In this document: positions 1 through 8,966 of the stretch, piece by piece | Layout of the letters: every line of letters starts with the position of its first letter | Numbering within the stretch: position 1 is the stretch's first letter | Source: a virus | Lineage: Duplodnaviria > Caudoviricetes | Reading direction: 5' to 3' (one strand) | Virus record (IMG/VR): IMGVR_UViG_3300028587_000020 | Span: 1-35,162 of that record | DNA: 35,162 nt | Notes under the pieces: generated by a model | Databases searched by the model: none | Told to the model about the DNA's origin: nothing | Seen by the model: the letters and a program-made list of their open reading frames with translations, nothing else | Translations under genes and position numbers: made by a program

Positions 1-83
1 TGAACATTGCGATTGTCGAGGACGTCGAAAACCCGGACGAGGAAATGTTCGGCACCGGGGATATCTTCATGAACCTCAGCTAA
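1..83 (+). CDS. 3' end of an upstream gene (partial), acidic C-terminus
   Basis: The frame starting at position 3 reads NIAIVEDVENPDEEMFGTGDIFMNLS* with TAA at 81-83 and is open to the window edge. An acidic tail like this is typical of SSB/replication proteins, but the identity cannot be determined. Confidence 0.55.
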   Translation, partial: NIAIVEDVENPDEEMFGTGDIFMNLS

Positions 84-99
84 TTAGCTGACGCATACC

Positions 100-152
100 G
101 GCCCCCAGAATCCATAGACCCCCCCCCTATGATTCTGGGGGCCTCCCCTTTG
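100..152 (+). terminator. Strong hairpin with poly-C loop, terminator/attenuator-like
   Basis: GGCCCCCAGAAT(C)CATAG (100-117) pairs with CTATGATTCTGGGGGCC (127-143). The loop is A followed by C8, and a pyrimidine tail TCCCCTTTG follows. Confidence 0.55.
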
Positions 153-179
153 TTCCTCCGGTGAAAGAAAGGACCCGAC

Positions 180-1277
180 GTGGATGAGGAATTTGCCTTT
201 GCGGATGCAGAAGAAGATGGGGAAGATCTCAACACTTTCCTGTCTGAATCTCTCATCCCAAAGCAGGTTTCTCCTGAAGAAGACTTGGCGAACAAAGTCA
301 AGGTCACGACGGAAGCCGGTCTGAGGAAAGTCACGTCAATCATTGACGTGATGGAAGATGACGAAAAGCTAGAATTTGTCATCCAAGATTTGCTTCCGGA
401 TACGGGTCTTATGTATGTTGCAGGAGCGTCAGGAAGTGGAAAGACGATCCTTGCAATTCAGGTCGCTGGTGACATTATCAACGGCAGGGGGACGCTGGCA
501 TGGCAATTGGGTCCAGCTTGGAATGAAAATTTCAAGGCTCTTTTCCTCTCCCTCGAAATGCCAAAGAAGGAACTTCAACTTCGGTTGCATCACATGTATC
601 CGAAGCTTTCCGATGAGGAAAGAAAAGCCTTCATGGATAGGTTCCTTTGTTACTCGGACTTTGAGCCGCTTGAACTTTGGAATCCTACTCACCAGCTAGA
701 CCTTGTACTACTCATAAAGGAGTATGGAATTAACCTTCTTTTGGTTGACTCCGCTTCAGTGAGTTTCGCATCAAGTCTGAAGAATGACGAACAAGTCAAC
801 GAAAGCATCAAGTTCCTCTACAAGATTCGCTCTCGCTTCAATCTGGCAATGATTGTGGTGGCCCACACTCGGAAGCCAACAATTGAAATGATCAACAACC
901 CAGAGAATGCAAACATCAATGAGTTGTTTGGTCACGCTGGTGTCGGTCAAAGTGCCTCGTCCGTCATCATGATGATGGAAGATGAAGCCCAGCGAAAGAA
1001 AACAATCAAATCAGGCGACGGAACGAATGTCGAGAAGGTCATGCATATGGTCAACGCGAAAGCTCGCTTTGGCGCAAATGCTGGCGCTTTCAAGGCAAAG
1101 TTGACTTCAAAAGCAGCAGTCGACAAGGGTGAACCTCTTATGTTCCGTCGTGACGCGATCCCGATTGAAATGACCGAGGAGCAAAGGCGCGCCATCAACA
1201 AGCAACTTGCTACAGATGGCATTGCTGACGCGTTCAAGGGAATTGATTTCGGAAATCTAGGGGGTGACGAAGAATGA
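180..1277 (+). CDS. RecA-fold SF4 (DnaB/RepA, AAA_25-like) DNA helicase
   Basis: Walker A GASGSGKT, catalytic LSLEM, Walker B LLLVDS, AHTRK motif and KAR arginine finger. SD AAAGGA precedes the GTG start. Confidence 0.85.
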   Translation: MDEEFAFADAEEDGEDLNTFLSESLIPKQVSPEEDLANKVKVTTEAGLRKVTSIIDVMEDDEKLEFVIQDLLPDTGLMYVAGASGSGKTILAIQVAGDIINGRGTLAWQLGPAWNENFKALFLSLEMPKKELQLRLHHMYPKLSDEERKAFMDRFLCYSDFEPLELWNPTHQLDLVLLIKEYGINLLLVDSASVSFASSLKNDEQVNESIKFLYKIRSRFNLAMIVVAHTRKPTIEMINNPENANINELFGHAGVGQSASSVIMMMEDEAQRKKTIKSGDGTNVEKVMHMVNAKARFGANAGAFKAKLTSKAAVDKGEPLMFRRDAIPIEMTEEQRRAINKQLATDGIADAFKGIDFGNLGGDEE

Positions 1278-1456
1278 GTGATCACGTACTTGTTCTCAGC
1301 ACCGAAGAAGTGAAGGCTCTGAAAGCTCTCTGTCGGGCAGGAATTAAGATGGCCGACCAGGGTTCGCCTTACTTTCAGAGAGTTCAGCCCGCAACAAAGA
1401 CAGCTCTCCAGAAACTTCTTTCGGAGGTACCGGATGAGCAGATTGACCGGAAATGA
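1274..1456 (+). CDS. Hypothetical protein (60 aa)
   Basis: ATGA overlap with the helicase stop and SD GGGGGTG upstream. Confidence 0.7.
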   Translation: MSDHVLVLSTEEVKALKALCRAGIKMADQGSPYFQRVQPATKTALQKLLSEVPDEQIDRK

Positions 1457-1670
1457 GCTGACCTGGGAATGCGTTCGTTGTGATAACGAATGTTTCCCAG
1501 AGGAGACGACAACAAGATTCGGTGATCAGTATTGTCCCGAATGCGCGAAGGATGGAAAGTGGCTGACAGTCCTAAACGACACATCATCGCCGTTGACCCC
1601 GGCGACAAGAACAACGGTATCGCATATTTCACGCAAGAGGGCAATGGGCCAACGGGTTCGGCGGATCTGA
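1434..1670 (+). CDS. Small zinc-finger protein
   Basis: CxxC (CVRC) and CxxC (CPEC) pairs. SD GGAGG at 1423-1427. Confidence 0.65.
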   Translation: MSRLTGNELTWECVRCDNECFPEETTTRFGDQYCPECAKDGKWLTVLNDTSSPLTPATRTTVSHISRKRAMGQRVRRI

Positions 1671-2116
1671 AGTTTATGCAGATCGAAGGTCCGAAGGGTT
1701 TGAGTGATCTCCTCAAGTTCATTTGGGGGATCTTTCAGGCTAAGGAAACGACCGATGGCTACGACAAGTTCAGAAACAACCCTCACAACTTGTTTTTCGT
1801 CATCGAGAACTTCAGGGTCGACACGGTTTCTCGTGGTGGTAGGGATTCTTCTAGGTTCCAGTGGAATGAAATGCTGACCTCGCAAATGATTGGTCGCGTG
1901 AGACTTCTTGCCGAATGGCTTGAAGCGCCAGTCTTTATGCAGGAGCCAAGTTCAGTTTGGCCGATGGCTCGAAAGTGGGCACCATTCCCACTCCCAAAGG
2001 GCCACCCGCCGGATGACAAGTCAGCTTTCTGTCATGGCGCAAAGTTCATGATGGACAAGGGTCTCATCAATACGGTCGATCAGATCACTTTCAACGGGCA
2101 AGATAAGATGTTCTAG
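1559..2116 (+). CDS. RuvC-like Holliday junction resolvase
   Basis: RNase H-fold motifs IIAVDPG, VIENF and C-terminal DDKSAFCH. The likely start is GTG 1559 after AAGGATGG; the ORF-track start at 1532 is probably too long. Confidence 0.8.
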   Translation: MADSPKRHIIAVDPGDKNNGIAYFTQEGNGPTGSADLKFMQIEGPKGLSDLLKFIWGIFQAKETTDGYDKFRNNPHNLFFVIENFRVDTVSRGGRDSSRFQWNEMLTSQMIGRVRLLAEWLEAPVFMQEPSSVWPMARKWAPFPLPKGHPPDDKSAFCHGAKFMMDKGLINTVDQITFNGQDKMF

Positions 2117-2131
2117 TCTGACCTAGCCAAC

Positions 2132-2166
2132 AAGAAACCCCCCTGAATTCGCCAGGGGGGTTTCTT
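2132..2166. terminator. Bidirectional intrinsic terminator between the convergent arms
   Basis: 14-bp stem AAGAAACCCCCCTG / CAGGGGGGTTTCTT with loop AATTCGC, lying between the resolvase (+) and WhiB (-). Confidence 0.85.
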
Positions 2167-2192
2167 GCGTTCTAGACTAGTCGAAGGCCACT

Positions 2193-2510
2193 TCAACTAT
2201 GACCGTAGAGCGGATTGTACCGCCCCAGATCCTCCAAATCATTTCGGAGTTCGAACCGCTCTTCTTTTGAATATCGCCGGTCCCTTTGACGGTCCGACAT
2301 ATTCCCCCATATGCCTTCACTGTCGTGCAATACAGCGAACTCACGGCATATTTCACGCACAGGACATTCAGCGCAGAAATCTTCCGCCTTCTTTCCCCGA
2401 TACAACGGGTTTTCCTGAAACCCTTCCCGCTGCATTTCTTCAGGGAAAAACAAATACGACGGGGCACCTTTGCACGCTGCGCCTACTTGCCAACTGAATT
2501 GGTTAGGCAC
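2193..2510 (-). CDS. whiB: WhiB-family (Wbl) Fe-S transcription factor
   Basis: W..AAC...LFFP, C-x2-C-P-V-x3-C and GIWG turn, giving all four conserved Cys. Confidence 0.93.
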   Translation of the reverse strand: MPNQFSWQVGAACKGAPSYLFFPEEMQREGFQENPLYRGKKAEDFCAECPVREICREFAVLHDSEGIWGNMSDRQRDRRYSKEERFELRNDLEDLGRYNPLYGHS

Positions 2511-2516
2511 ATGTTC

Positions 2517-2546
2517 AAGATAGAACGTCTGGTGCCCTTGTGTCTA
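2517..2546 (-). promoter_or_regulatory. Putative housekeeping-sigma promoter for a leaderless whiB transcript
   Basis: On the minus strand TAGACA-N18-TATCTT ends 6 nt before the GTG start, and there is no SD. Confidence 0.55.
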
Positions 2547-2658
2547 GCCACGATGCACGTGTCTGACAGTTTTTTCACAACTTCCGACTTTACCCACTTT
2601 GCCCGACTTAAGGCCCGCATAAGGCAGGTGAGTTAGGGATGCCTAAATTGGTTGACAC

Positions 2659-2829
2659 TTATTTCTGGAATACCCATCCCAGCACGCCCCCTACCAGGAG
2701 TGAGCCGACCATGCCAGCGACCCACCAAATCACTTTCTGCTGGCCAGCTTTGATTTCCCGAATGTCATTCTTTACTTCCGTCAACATTATGCCGACTTCA
2801 CGAAATGTTTTCGGGTACTCGTCGCTAAT
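2659..2829 (-). CDS. Small membrane protein (coiled coil plus one C-terminal TM; holin-accessory/XhlA-like), not in the ORF track
   Basis: Reads (I)SDEYPKTFREVGIMLTEVKNDIREIKAGQQKVIWWVAGMVGSLLVGGVLGWVFQK*. SD AAAGGTG precedes ATT at 2829; an alternative ATG lies at 2787. Confidence 0.7.
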   Translation of the reverse strand: MSDEYPKTFREVGIMLTEVKNDIREIKAGQQKVIWWVAGMVGSLLVGGVLGWVFQK

Positions 2830-2840
2830 GGTCCACCTTT

Positions 2841-3413
2841 TTAGGCTCTGTTCAAAACACTCATGACGTACGCATACATTGACGGGTAGCCATTCTGAGG
2901 TTTCTTGCTATACATGTTTCGATAGCCCCAATCGCCGCCGTACCAAGTTGCAGCGGCTCCAGCCATGCCACGACTTTTCAGGTACTGGCCAAGTTTGTAC
3001 TTGGCAATGGCATCCTGAATTTGAGGACTATTCATGAACTGGGAATAACTAATGTCATAACCCAAAGCTTCGCGGTCCCAACCGCCATTTCCTTCAAAGT
3101 TGGAACGCAAAATTTGGTACGCCCCAGAAGCGCCGGACGGGTTGGTAGCCCGGTAGTTGCCCCCCGACTCCTGCCCCCGGATCGCCCGCATGAGACGGCC
3201 GAGATCGCCCGGAATGGCACCTGTACCGGCGGTAACTCCCGAACTGACACCAGGCACTGAACCGAGACCCGCGAACGCCTGTAGGGCCGCCTGAGGCTTT
3301 GGCTTAGGGAGCTTCATTTGGGGCGTATATGTTCCACTTTGTCCGATCTGTCCCAGTCGATTCATGAAAGAATTCAACTTGTCATCCTGACCAAAACTTA
3401 CCGCCATCTTCAC
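2841..3413 (-). CDS. Lytic transglycosylase (SLT/lysozyme-like), probably virion-associated
   Basis: AIRGQESGGNY (catalytic Glu) and GASGAYQ motifs, with a low-complexity N-terminal linker. Confidence 0.88.
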   Translation of the reverse strand: MKMAVSFGQDDKLNSFMNRLGQIGQSGTYTPQMKLPKPKPQAALQAFAGLGSVPGVSSGVTAGTGAIPGDLGRLMRAIRGQESGGNYRATNPSGASGAYQILRSNFEGNGGWDREALGYDISYSQFMNSPQIQDAIAKYKLGQYLKSRGMAGAAATWYGGDWGYRNMYSKKPQNGYPSMYAYVMSVLNRA

Positions 3414-3423
3414 ACCCCTTTCA

Positions 3424-4260
3424 CTAGTAAGGTCGCAGCACCAACATTGGAGCGCCGTTGCTGTTTGTGAGATTCGACTGAATTACGCCAAGTCGAGTAT
3501 TTGCGGCGTGAACAATTTTCCCATTGCCGACGTAAATGCCAACATGTTCAGGTCCGCGAGAACCGGGCCTATAAAAGACAAGGTCGCCGGGACGAATCTG
3601 GCTGACTGGAACTTGTTTGCCGCGCTTTGCCTGTTCGTAAGTTGTACGGGGAACAGAGATTCCCATTTGCCTGTAAAGCTGCTGGACTAGACCAGAACAA
3701 TCTACGCCATTGCTGAGGCTATTTCCACCCCATACGTAAGGCGTTTTATTTCTCGCGACCTGCATTGCTTTAGCGGCAATTTGAGCGCCAATGTTCCCGG
3801 AAGCTGCGCCAGGAATGTCAGTAGCTGAACTTCCCTCGTAGCTTCCAAAGCCGTAGCTGCCAATGTTTTGCATGTTGACAGCATTTTGATACGCTCTTTT
3901 AGCTTCCGCCGTTTGTGTAGCTAGGTCACCGCGTCGACTGATTCCCTTGAGAACCGTTTTCCCGGCGTCCCCAAAGTTTCCGAGATTGAGTTCAGGTTTC
4001 CCGAATTCATCAAACTTCAGGCCAGCCGACTTGTTGACTAGATCAGTCGCAAGGCGATTTGTTCCCTGCTGTCGCAGGGCGCCATAAATTGAAGCGCCAG
4101 TTTCTTTTCTGGTGCCCAACTTGTCCAGCACGCTTTGACCAATGCTGTCAGTGGTTTCCCCCTGCTGCATAATGGTCGGCATATAGTCGTAACCGACGCC
4201 TTTTAGGGACGACTTTCCGATGCCCAGTTTGTTTTTGAATTGCATGAAGGGCGTTGCCAT
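3424..4260 (-). CDS. NlpC/P60 peptidoglycan endopeptidase, probably virion-associated
   Basis: PYVWGG, DCSGLV, PGDLVFY and HVGIYVGNGKIVHA (Cys-His-His triad). SD GGAGGTG. Confidence 0.93.
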   Translation of the reverse strand: MATPFMQFKNKLGIGKSSLKGVGYDYMPTIMQQGETTDSIGQSVLDKLGTRKETGASIYGALRQQGTNRLATDLVNKSAGLKFDEFGKPELNLGNFGDAGKTVLKGISRRGDLATQTAEAKRAYQNAVNMQNIGSYGFGSYEGSSATDIPGAASGNIGAQIAAKAMQVARNKTPYVWGGNSLSNGVDCSGLVQQLYRQMGISVPRTTYEQAKRGKQVPVSQIRPGDLVFYRPGSRGPEHVGIYVGNGKIVHAANTRLGVIQSNLTNSNGAPMLVLRPY

Positions 4261-4403
4261 TTCACCTCCAATTCGAAACCTGAACTATTTTCACACCTCG
4301 GATTCATGCAAGCGTGAGTATTAGTTGGCTCATGGTAATGCAGCAACTTTTCATCTATCGGACAGTAATATGTGTACTCATTGCACTTATGTTTTGGCTT
4401 CAC
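4203..4403 (-). CDS. Small Cys/His-rich protein
   Basis: GTGA overlap with the stop of the upstream gene, and CPID...HACMNPRC. It fills the gap between two genes. Confidence 0.55.
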   Translation of the reverse strand: MKPKHKCNEYTYYCPIDEKLLHYHEPTNTHACMNPRCENSSGFELEVKWQRPSCNSKTNWASESRP

Positions 4404-7400
4404 CTAAAGTTCTGCTCCGCCTTCTTCTTGAAGTATTCCCTCAAGTCAAACTGTGCACTCTTCTGGTATTTTCCAGTGTCAACGGCTTTTGCGCCAGTCA
4501 GAAGGTTCAGAATGTTTGTCGTGTTCGGGAAACCTTCAGACTTTGTACTCTCTGAAACGCCAAACTGCCCTGAAACTCGACCGGCCTGGGACACGACAGG
4601 AATTTGCTTGGCCATATAGTCAAGCCACTGTTCATTTGTGTGTCCGATTGGAACATTTCGCCCAAGGGTTTGACCCTGACCCATTTCAATTGGCACCTTC
4701 ATCATTGGGTTCAACATGTCGACTGTTGTCTGACCAGGGTGACCCAACATTGCCATAATGTCCAGCACAGGAGTTGACGGGTTAATTACCCGATAGGCTC
4801 CAGCGCCACCCATGATTGGGCCAATTCCTCGATCACGTACCCAATCGGGGAACATTTGATCAGTGGGGAACATGTCAGTTGTCTGATTGTTCGGGCTAAT
4901 TCCGTTGTTGAGGGCAATGGCTTCCATCAAGCGTGGATATGCCATAACCTTCGGACCGGCAAAAATCACACTTTCAATAGCAAGCGGAATAGCTTTTCTC
5001 GTCCAAGAGTAGAACGGGAAAACTCGCTTCATGAAATTGCGCTCAAACTTTGTCAGGTCAATTCCGTCGGGGTGCCACTTTCGGACGCTTCGTGCGCTCG
5101 CGCTAGCCGCATTAGTGAAGCTAGCCTTGGACTTTGCGATTCCGTCAATGAATTGGGCGAGTCGGGGGATGTGGTCTCGAACTTCTGAAATAGTATGTAC
5201 CGCTCGCTGCCCCTTTCCTCCGAGGGGTCGGAACTTGTCGAGAACTGTTGAAACATCACTGGCCACTTCTTCAAGCACTCGCGCACTTGGCAGAATTCCT
5301 TCACGGTAGGCAGCGGTGTAAATCATGTCTGCCGTGACTTTGGTGCCGTTTGGCATGGTGACAATCACCTTATTGCCAGCGGCTGGAATTTTGAGCCCTG
5401 AGTCACCTTCGTTCAAAACACTTCGAGCGACTGCCTGCTCCAAAGCTTGTGGACCAGCCAAAGCTTCAAAACTATTCGCACTGCGCGTGCCAATTTCGGC
5501 AAATTCGCCATACCTGCCCTTTTGGGCAAGCATAGTTTTCATGGCCTGCTCGTAGCGAATTGGCTTGTTGACTCCAGCGATCCAGTTGAAATAAATGTCG
5601 CCAATCAGGTTTGTCCAGTGGTGACCAGGGATGTAAATAGTCAGCGACGCTTTCAGCTTTGAAAGCACATTGTCGAAGTACTGAAGTGACTTTGCGTTTG
5701 GCGTAGAAACTTCTTCCAGCAACTTAGCAAACTGCTGAGCCTGCCGTGCACCTTCTTCAGTGAAGAAGTAGCCGCGAAGTCTGGGGTGATTCACGCCGTA
5801 CTTTACGTCGTCACTCCTGTGAGGTGACGCGAAACGACTAATGATTTCGTCGAACATGTTCTTCTCGCGCACAGTGTGCTCGACAGCATTCTGCACTTGG
5901 TGAAGAAACTTGTACGGGTCCTTAATGTCCCAAACTTCCCATGACTTTGTCCAATCAATTCCCTTGGAAAAGTCACGTTCAACGCCGGCGGCGTCCTTAA
6001 CTTTCTGTGCAACGAATTGATACTCCGGAAGTCCGAACCGCCTCAAATTCGAGTTGAGTTCATCCAGAAGAAGGCGATTACGCCCAACGACGGTAGAGTC
6101 AGCAATGGCACCAGTACGAAGGCCAGTTCCACCAAAAAGGTTTTCCATGACCTTTGCAATTTCAGACTGGAGCTTTGCGACCTGACCACTAGATACCCCA
6201 TTCTGTTGCGCAGCCCTCATTGCCTCGTGCCAAAGATCTGCGTCCTTGGGGTCAAAAGTACGGGCAAGATTGTTCAAAAGGCGTGCGCGACGGCCAACAG
6301 TTGAAAGTGCGGAACCCTGCTCACGAAGGTAAATGGGGCGCATGTCCTGAACCCCATAAGCGGCATTAAATCGCGCTCCAAGCCACTCTTTTACAAGTGC
6401 AGCCGTTCCCGAAACTCCGCCAAGTCGACTGGACGGAGGAAGGTCCGCAGCGCGTGAAATTGCATTGGTGACGCTGCGCACAAAGTTAGGATCATTAACA
6501 GCACCACTAGCTTTTCCTCCTACCTTTCCGGCACCCTTTCCGGCCCCCATGCGAACATTCCTGGGACCGTGAACAGGAGACTTTCCAGTAGTGCCAAGCC
6601 ATGCCTCAGTCTTCAATTTCTGACTTCTGAGAACACCCTCAACAGGGTTGTTCCTACCGGTCAGATTTGAAAGATAGGCGTCGGTGACTCGTGCGCCAGA
6701 ATCGCCACCACCAAGTTTGGCAGTAACAAGTTTTGCGGAATCAATTGCCTTGTTGATGAGGTCTTTTGCTCGGCCAGCGGAAAGCTTGGAGCGGTCAATT
6801 TCTTCGAGGATCTGCTTTCCTGAGCCAATTCCTCGATTGACAGCAGGTGCAGCTTCTACGGCACCTTTTGCACGAAGTGCCTGAAGTGCATTTATCTGTT
6901 CCTCGGAAAGCTGAGCCAGAGCTTTCGGGTCACCTCGGAGAATGCCCGTAATGAAGGCGTGGCTACTTCCCAGGAACCGTGGGCCAAGAGCTTCGGCGAC
7001 TTCAGAAAGTCGGAGTGGAACGCTTTCAGCAGTCTTTGCGGCAGACTGCGGAATCATTCCCTTTGTGATGAAATAATCCTCAACACTCCGCAGAATCCGA
7101 ACTGCCTTATCATACTTAGCGGCGTTTCCAAACTTGAGATTTGTGGTGATGAGGTTCCACATTCGGGCCTGCTGAGGACCTGAATATCGAACATTGTCTC
7201 CTCGTGCGATTGCCTTTGCAAGCCCCTCATAAGTGCCGGGAGCCCTACCGCGTCCCAAGATTTCATTTTCGAATTTCCTGACGACTCGGTTTGCAAGCTG
7301 AGCTTCCTTTACCTTGAGCTTTGGGCCAACACGAAGTCCAATTTCTTCAGCGCGAAGTTCGTTAGAAAGTCGACGCTCAACTTCAACTGGAATCTTGGTG

Positions 7401-8965
7401 TTCTTTACGTCGTCGGCAACCCTATTTCGAAGGGCGGGCGCCAAACCTTCTGCACCCCTGTGACCGACTTCCTTGATTACTTGAGAAGCCCTTTCGAGAA
7501 GTTCTTCAGTCTTTGTCCACTGAACCTTGGGATGAGCCGCAAGAATCCTCGCAGCTTCATACTTCCAATTCTTCTTTCCAGAGCTGGCAAGATTGACAAT
7601 CTGCTTGACGACCTTTGCCTGATCTGCGCCACCAAGAACAATTCCCTGCTTGGGAAGTTCACGACGGCCAATTCCGGCGAGGGTTTTATATTTTCCCTTA
7701 TCTCCAATTGCAGCCGGAGGAACGGCATCGCCAACCTTTGCCGCAGCTTCTCCAGCTTCATCGGCGGAATGGCCAGCCGCAATCATTACGTCGTCAGAAA
7801 GAGTTTTAGTGAGAGACCTCACCAATTCTTCCTGGCTTGGAGAAGTCCCAAGAGTCTTCTGAACTTCATTAATGTCGTCTAGGAATTTGTGAGTATTTGG
7901 AAAGCGGACCCCCTCGAAGGCATAGTTGAGATAACTGCCTACGCGATAGGACCACCCACCTCCACTCCTCATCATTTTTGCAATTTGTTCTGCAACCCCA
8001 ATCTGATCCTCTGGGGAAATTGCAAGATTGGGAGGAACTTCAGAAGCAGGTTTTGCAGCTTTCACTGAAGACTTGGGCACAAAATCTGGAGTCTGACCAA
8101 TAATCCCGACCGGGGGAGTAGAATTAATGTCAGGCTTGACTGGAATTCTGTCAGTAGCCTTTACGTCGAGACCCTTAAGAATTGCTTCATCAGCAGGATT
8201 TCCAGCCCTGGCGGCGTCCAAGCCTTCCGTCAGTTCCTTAGAAACCTGTGCACCCTTTCGAGCGGCACCGAATCCAGGAAGAAGGAAGTTCAGCGGGTCG
8301 CCACCAATGTCTGACGCAATTCCTGTCAGCATCTGATTGCGAAAATAGTCTTCTCGCGCGTCTGGAGAATCAAGGTCATCAGGAATTGCAAGTTCAAAGA
8401 AAGTCTTATCCCACATAGACTTTTGATTGACCTTGTCAAGAATTCCCTTGACTTCGTCCCAATTCTCAGGCTTCATAGCATCCGCAGTAGACATTCCTGT
8501 CGTCTTGCGAATTGCTACGTCGGAGAAATGTGTCTTGTCAGACTTGTCAGACTGCCATTCATCATTGATATCGACACCCGGTACTGCATCAAGTAGGCCC
8601 GAAGCTCCTCGCAATCCTGCGCCGATTCCTCTTCCAGCACCCGTGAAGACTCCGCCAATTGTTTTGCCAATGTCTTCCACGACTGAATCATTTGGATCGC
8701 TCTGGTGACCTGCAAGAGCCTCATCCATTGCATTGGCGACCCCGTAAAGTGGCGTAGAAAGAAGGTCAAAAAGACTGCTCAGAGCTGTCTGCCTATTTGC
8801 AGCCTTAGATTCCTTGTTCAGCTTAGCGATTTCTTTTAGGGTTACCTGGGACGGCTTTGACCAACCTGCATTGGCCATAATCATTGCAGCCGTATTGCGA
8901 ACACTTTCACCTTCAATAGAAGTTCGCGGTGCAATGAAACTTAGGTCAAGAGGCTTGTAAACCAT
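4400..8965 (-). CDS. Large internal virion / DNA-ejection protein (1521 aa)
   Basis: Size, helical Ala/Gly-rich composition, C-terminal VFPFYSW-type motif and position after the nozzle gene, as for podophage ejection proteins. Confidence 0.7.
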   Translation of the reverse strand: MVYKPLDLSFIAPRTSIEGESVRNTAAMIMANAGWSKPSQVTLKEIAKLNKESKAANRQTALSSLFDLLSTPLYGVANAMDEALAGHQSDPNDSVVEDIGKTIGGVFTGAGRGIGAGLRGASGLLDAVPGVDINDEWQSDKSDKTHFSDVAIRKTTGMSTADAMKPENWDEVKGILDKVNQKSMWDKTFFELAIPDDLDSPDAREDYFRNQMLTGIASDIGGDPLNFLLPGFGAARKGAQVSKELTEGLDAARAGNPADEAILKGLDVKATDRIPVKPDINSTPPVGIIGQTPDFVPKSSVKAAKPASEVPPNLAISPEDQIGVAEQIAKMMRSGGGWSYRVGSYLNYAFEGVRFPNTHKFLDDINEVQKTLGTSPSQEELVRSLTKTLSDDVMIAAGHSADEAGEAAAKVGDAVPPAAIGDKGKYKTLAGIGRRELPKQGIVLGGADQAKVVKQIVNLASSGKKNWKYEAARILAAHPKVQWTKTEELLERASQVIKEVGHRGAEGLAPALRNRVADDVKNTKIPVEVERRLSNELRAEEIGLRVGPKLKVKEAQLANRVVRKFENEILGRGRAPGTYEGLAKAIARGDNVRYSGPQQARMWNLITTNLKFGNAAKYDKAVRILRSVEDYFITKGMIPQSAAKTAESVPLRLSEVAEALGPRFLGSSHAFITGILRGDPKALAQLSEEQINALQALRAKGAVEAAPAVNRGIGSGKQILEEIDRSKLSAGRAKDLINKAIDSAKLVTAKLGGGDSGARVTDAYLSNLTGRNNPVEGVLRSQKLKTEAWLGTTGKSPVHGPRNVRMGAGKGAGKVGGKASGAVNDPNFVRSVTNAISRAADLPPSSRLGGVSGTAALVKEWLGARFNAAYGVQDMRPIYLREQGSALSTVGRRARLLNNLARTFDPKDADLWHEAMRAAQQNGVSSGQVAKLQSEIAKVMENLFGGTGLRTGAIADSTVVGRNRLLLDELNSNLRRFGLPEYQFVAQKVKDAAGVERDFSKGIDWTKSWEVWDIKDPYKFLHQVQNAVEHTVREKNMFDEIISRFASPHRSDDVKYGVNHPRLRGYFFTEEGARQAQQFAKLLEEVSTPNAKSLQYFDNVLSKLKASLTIYIPGHHWTNLIGDIYFNWIAGVNKPIRYEQAMKTMLAQKGRYGEFAEIGTRSANSFEALAGPQALEQAVARSVLNEGDSGLKIPAAGNKVIVTMPNGTKVTADMIYTAAYREGILPSARVLEEVASDVSTVLDKFRPLGGKGQRAVHTISEVRDHIPRLAQFIDGIAKSKASFTNAASASARSVRKWHPDGIDLTKFERNFMKRVFPFYSWTRKAIPLAIESVIFAGPKVMAYPRLMEAIALNNGISPNNQTTDMFPTDQMFPDWVRDRGIGPIMGGAGAYRVINPSTPVLDIMAMLGHPGQTTVDMLNPMMKVPIEMGQGQTLGRNVPIGHTNEQWLDYMAKQIPVVSQAGRVSGQFGVSESTKSEGFPNTTNILNLLTGAKAVDTGKYQKSAQFDLREYFKKKAEQNFR

Positions 8966-8966
8966 T

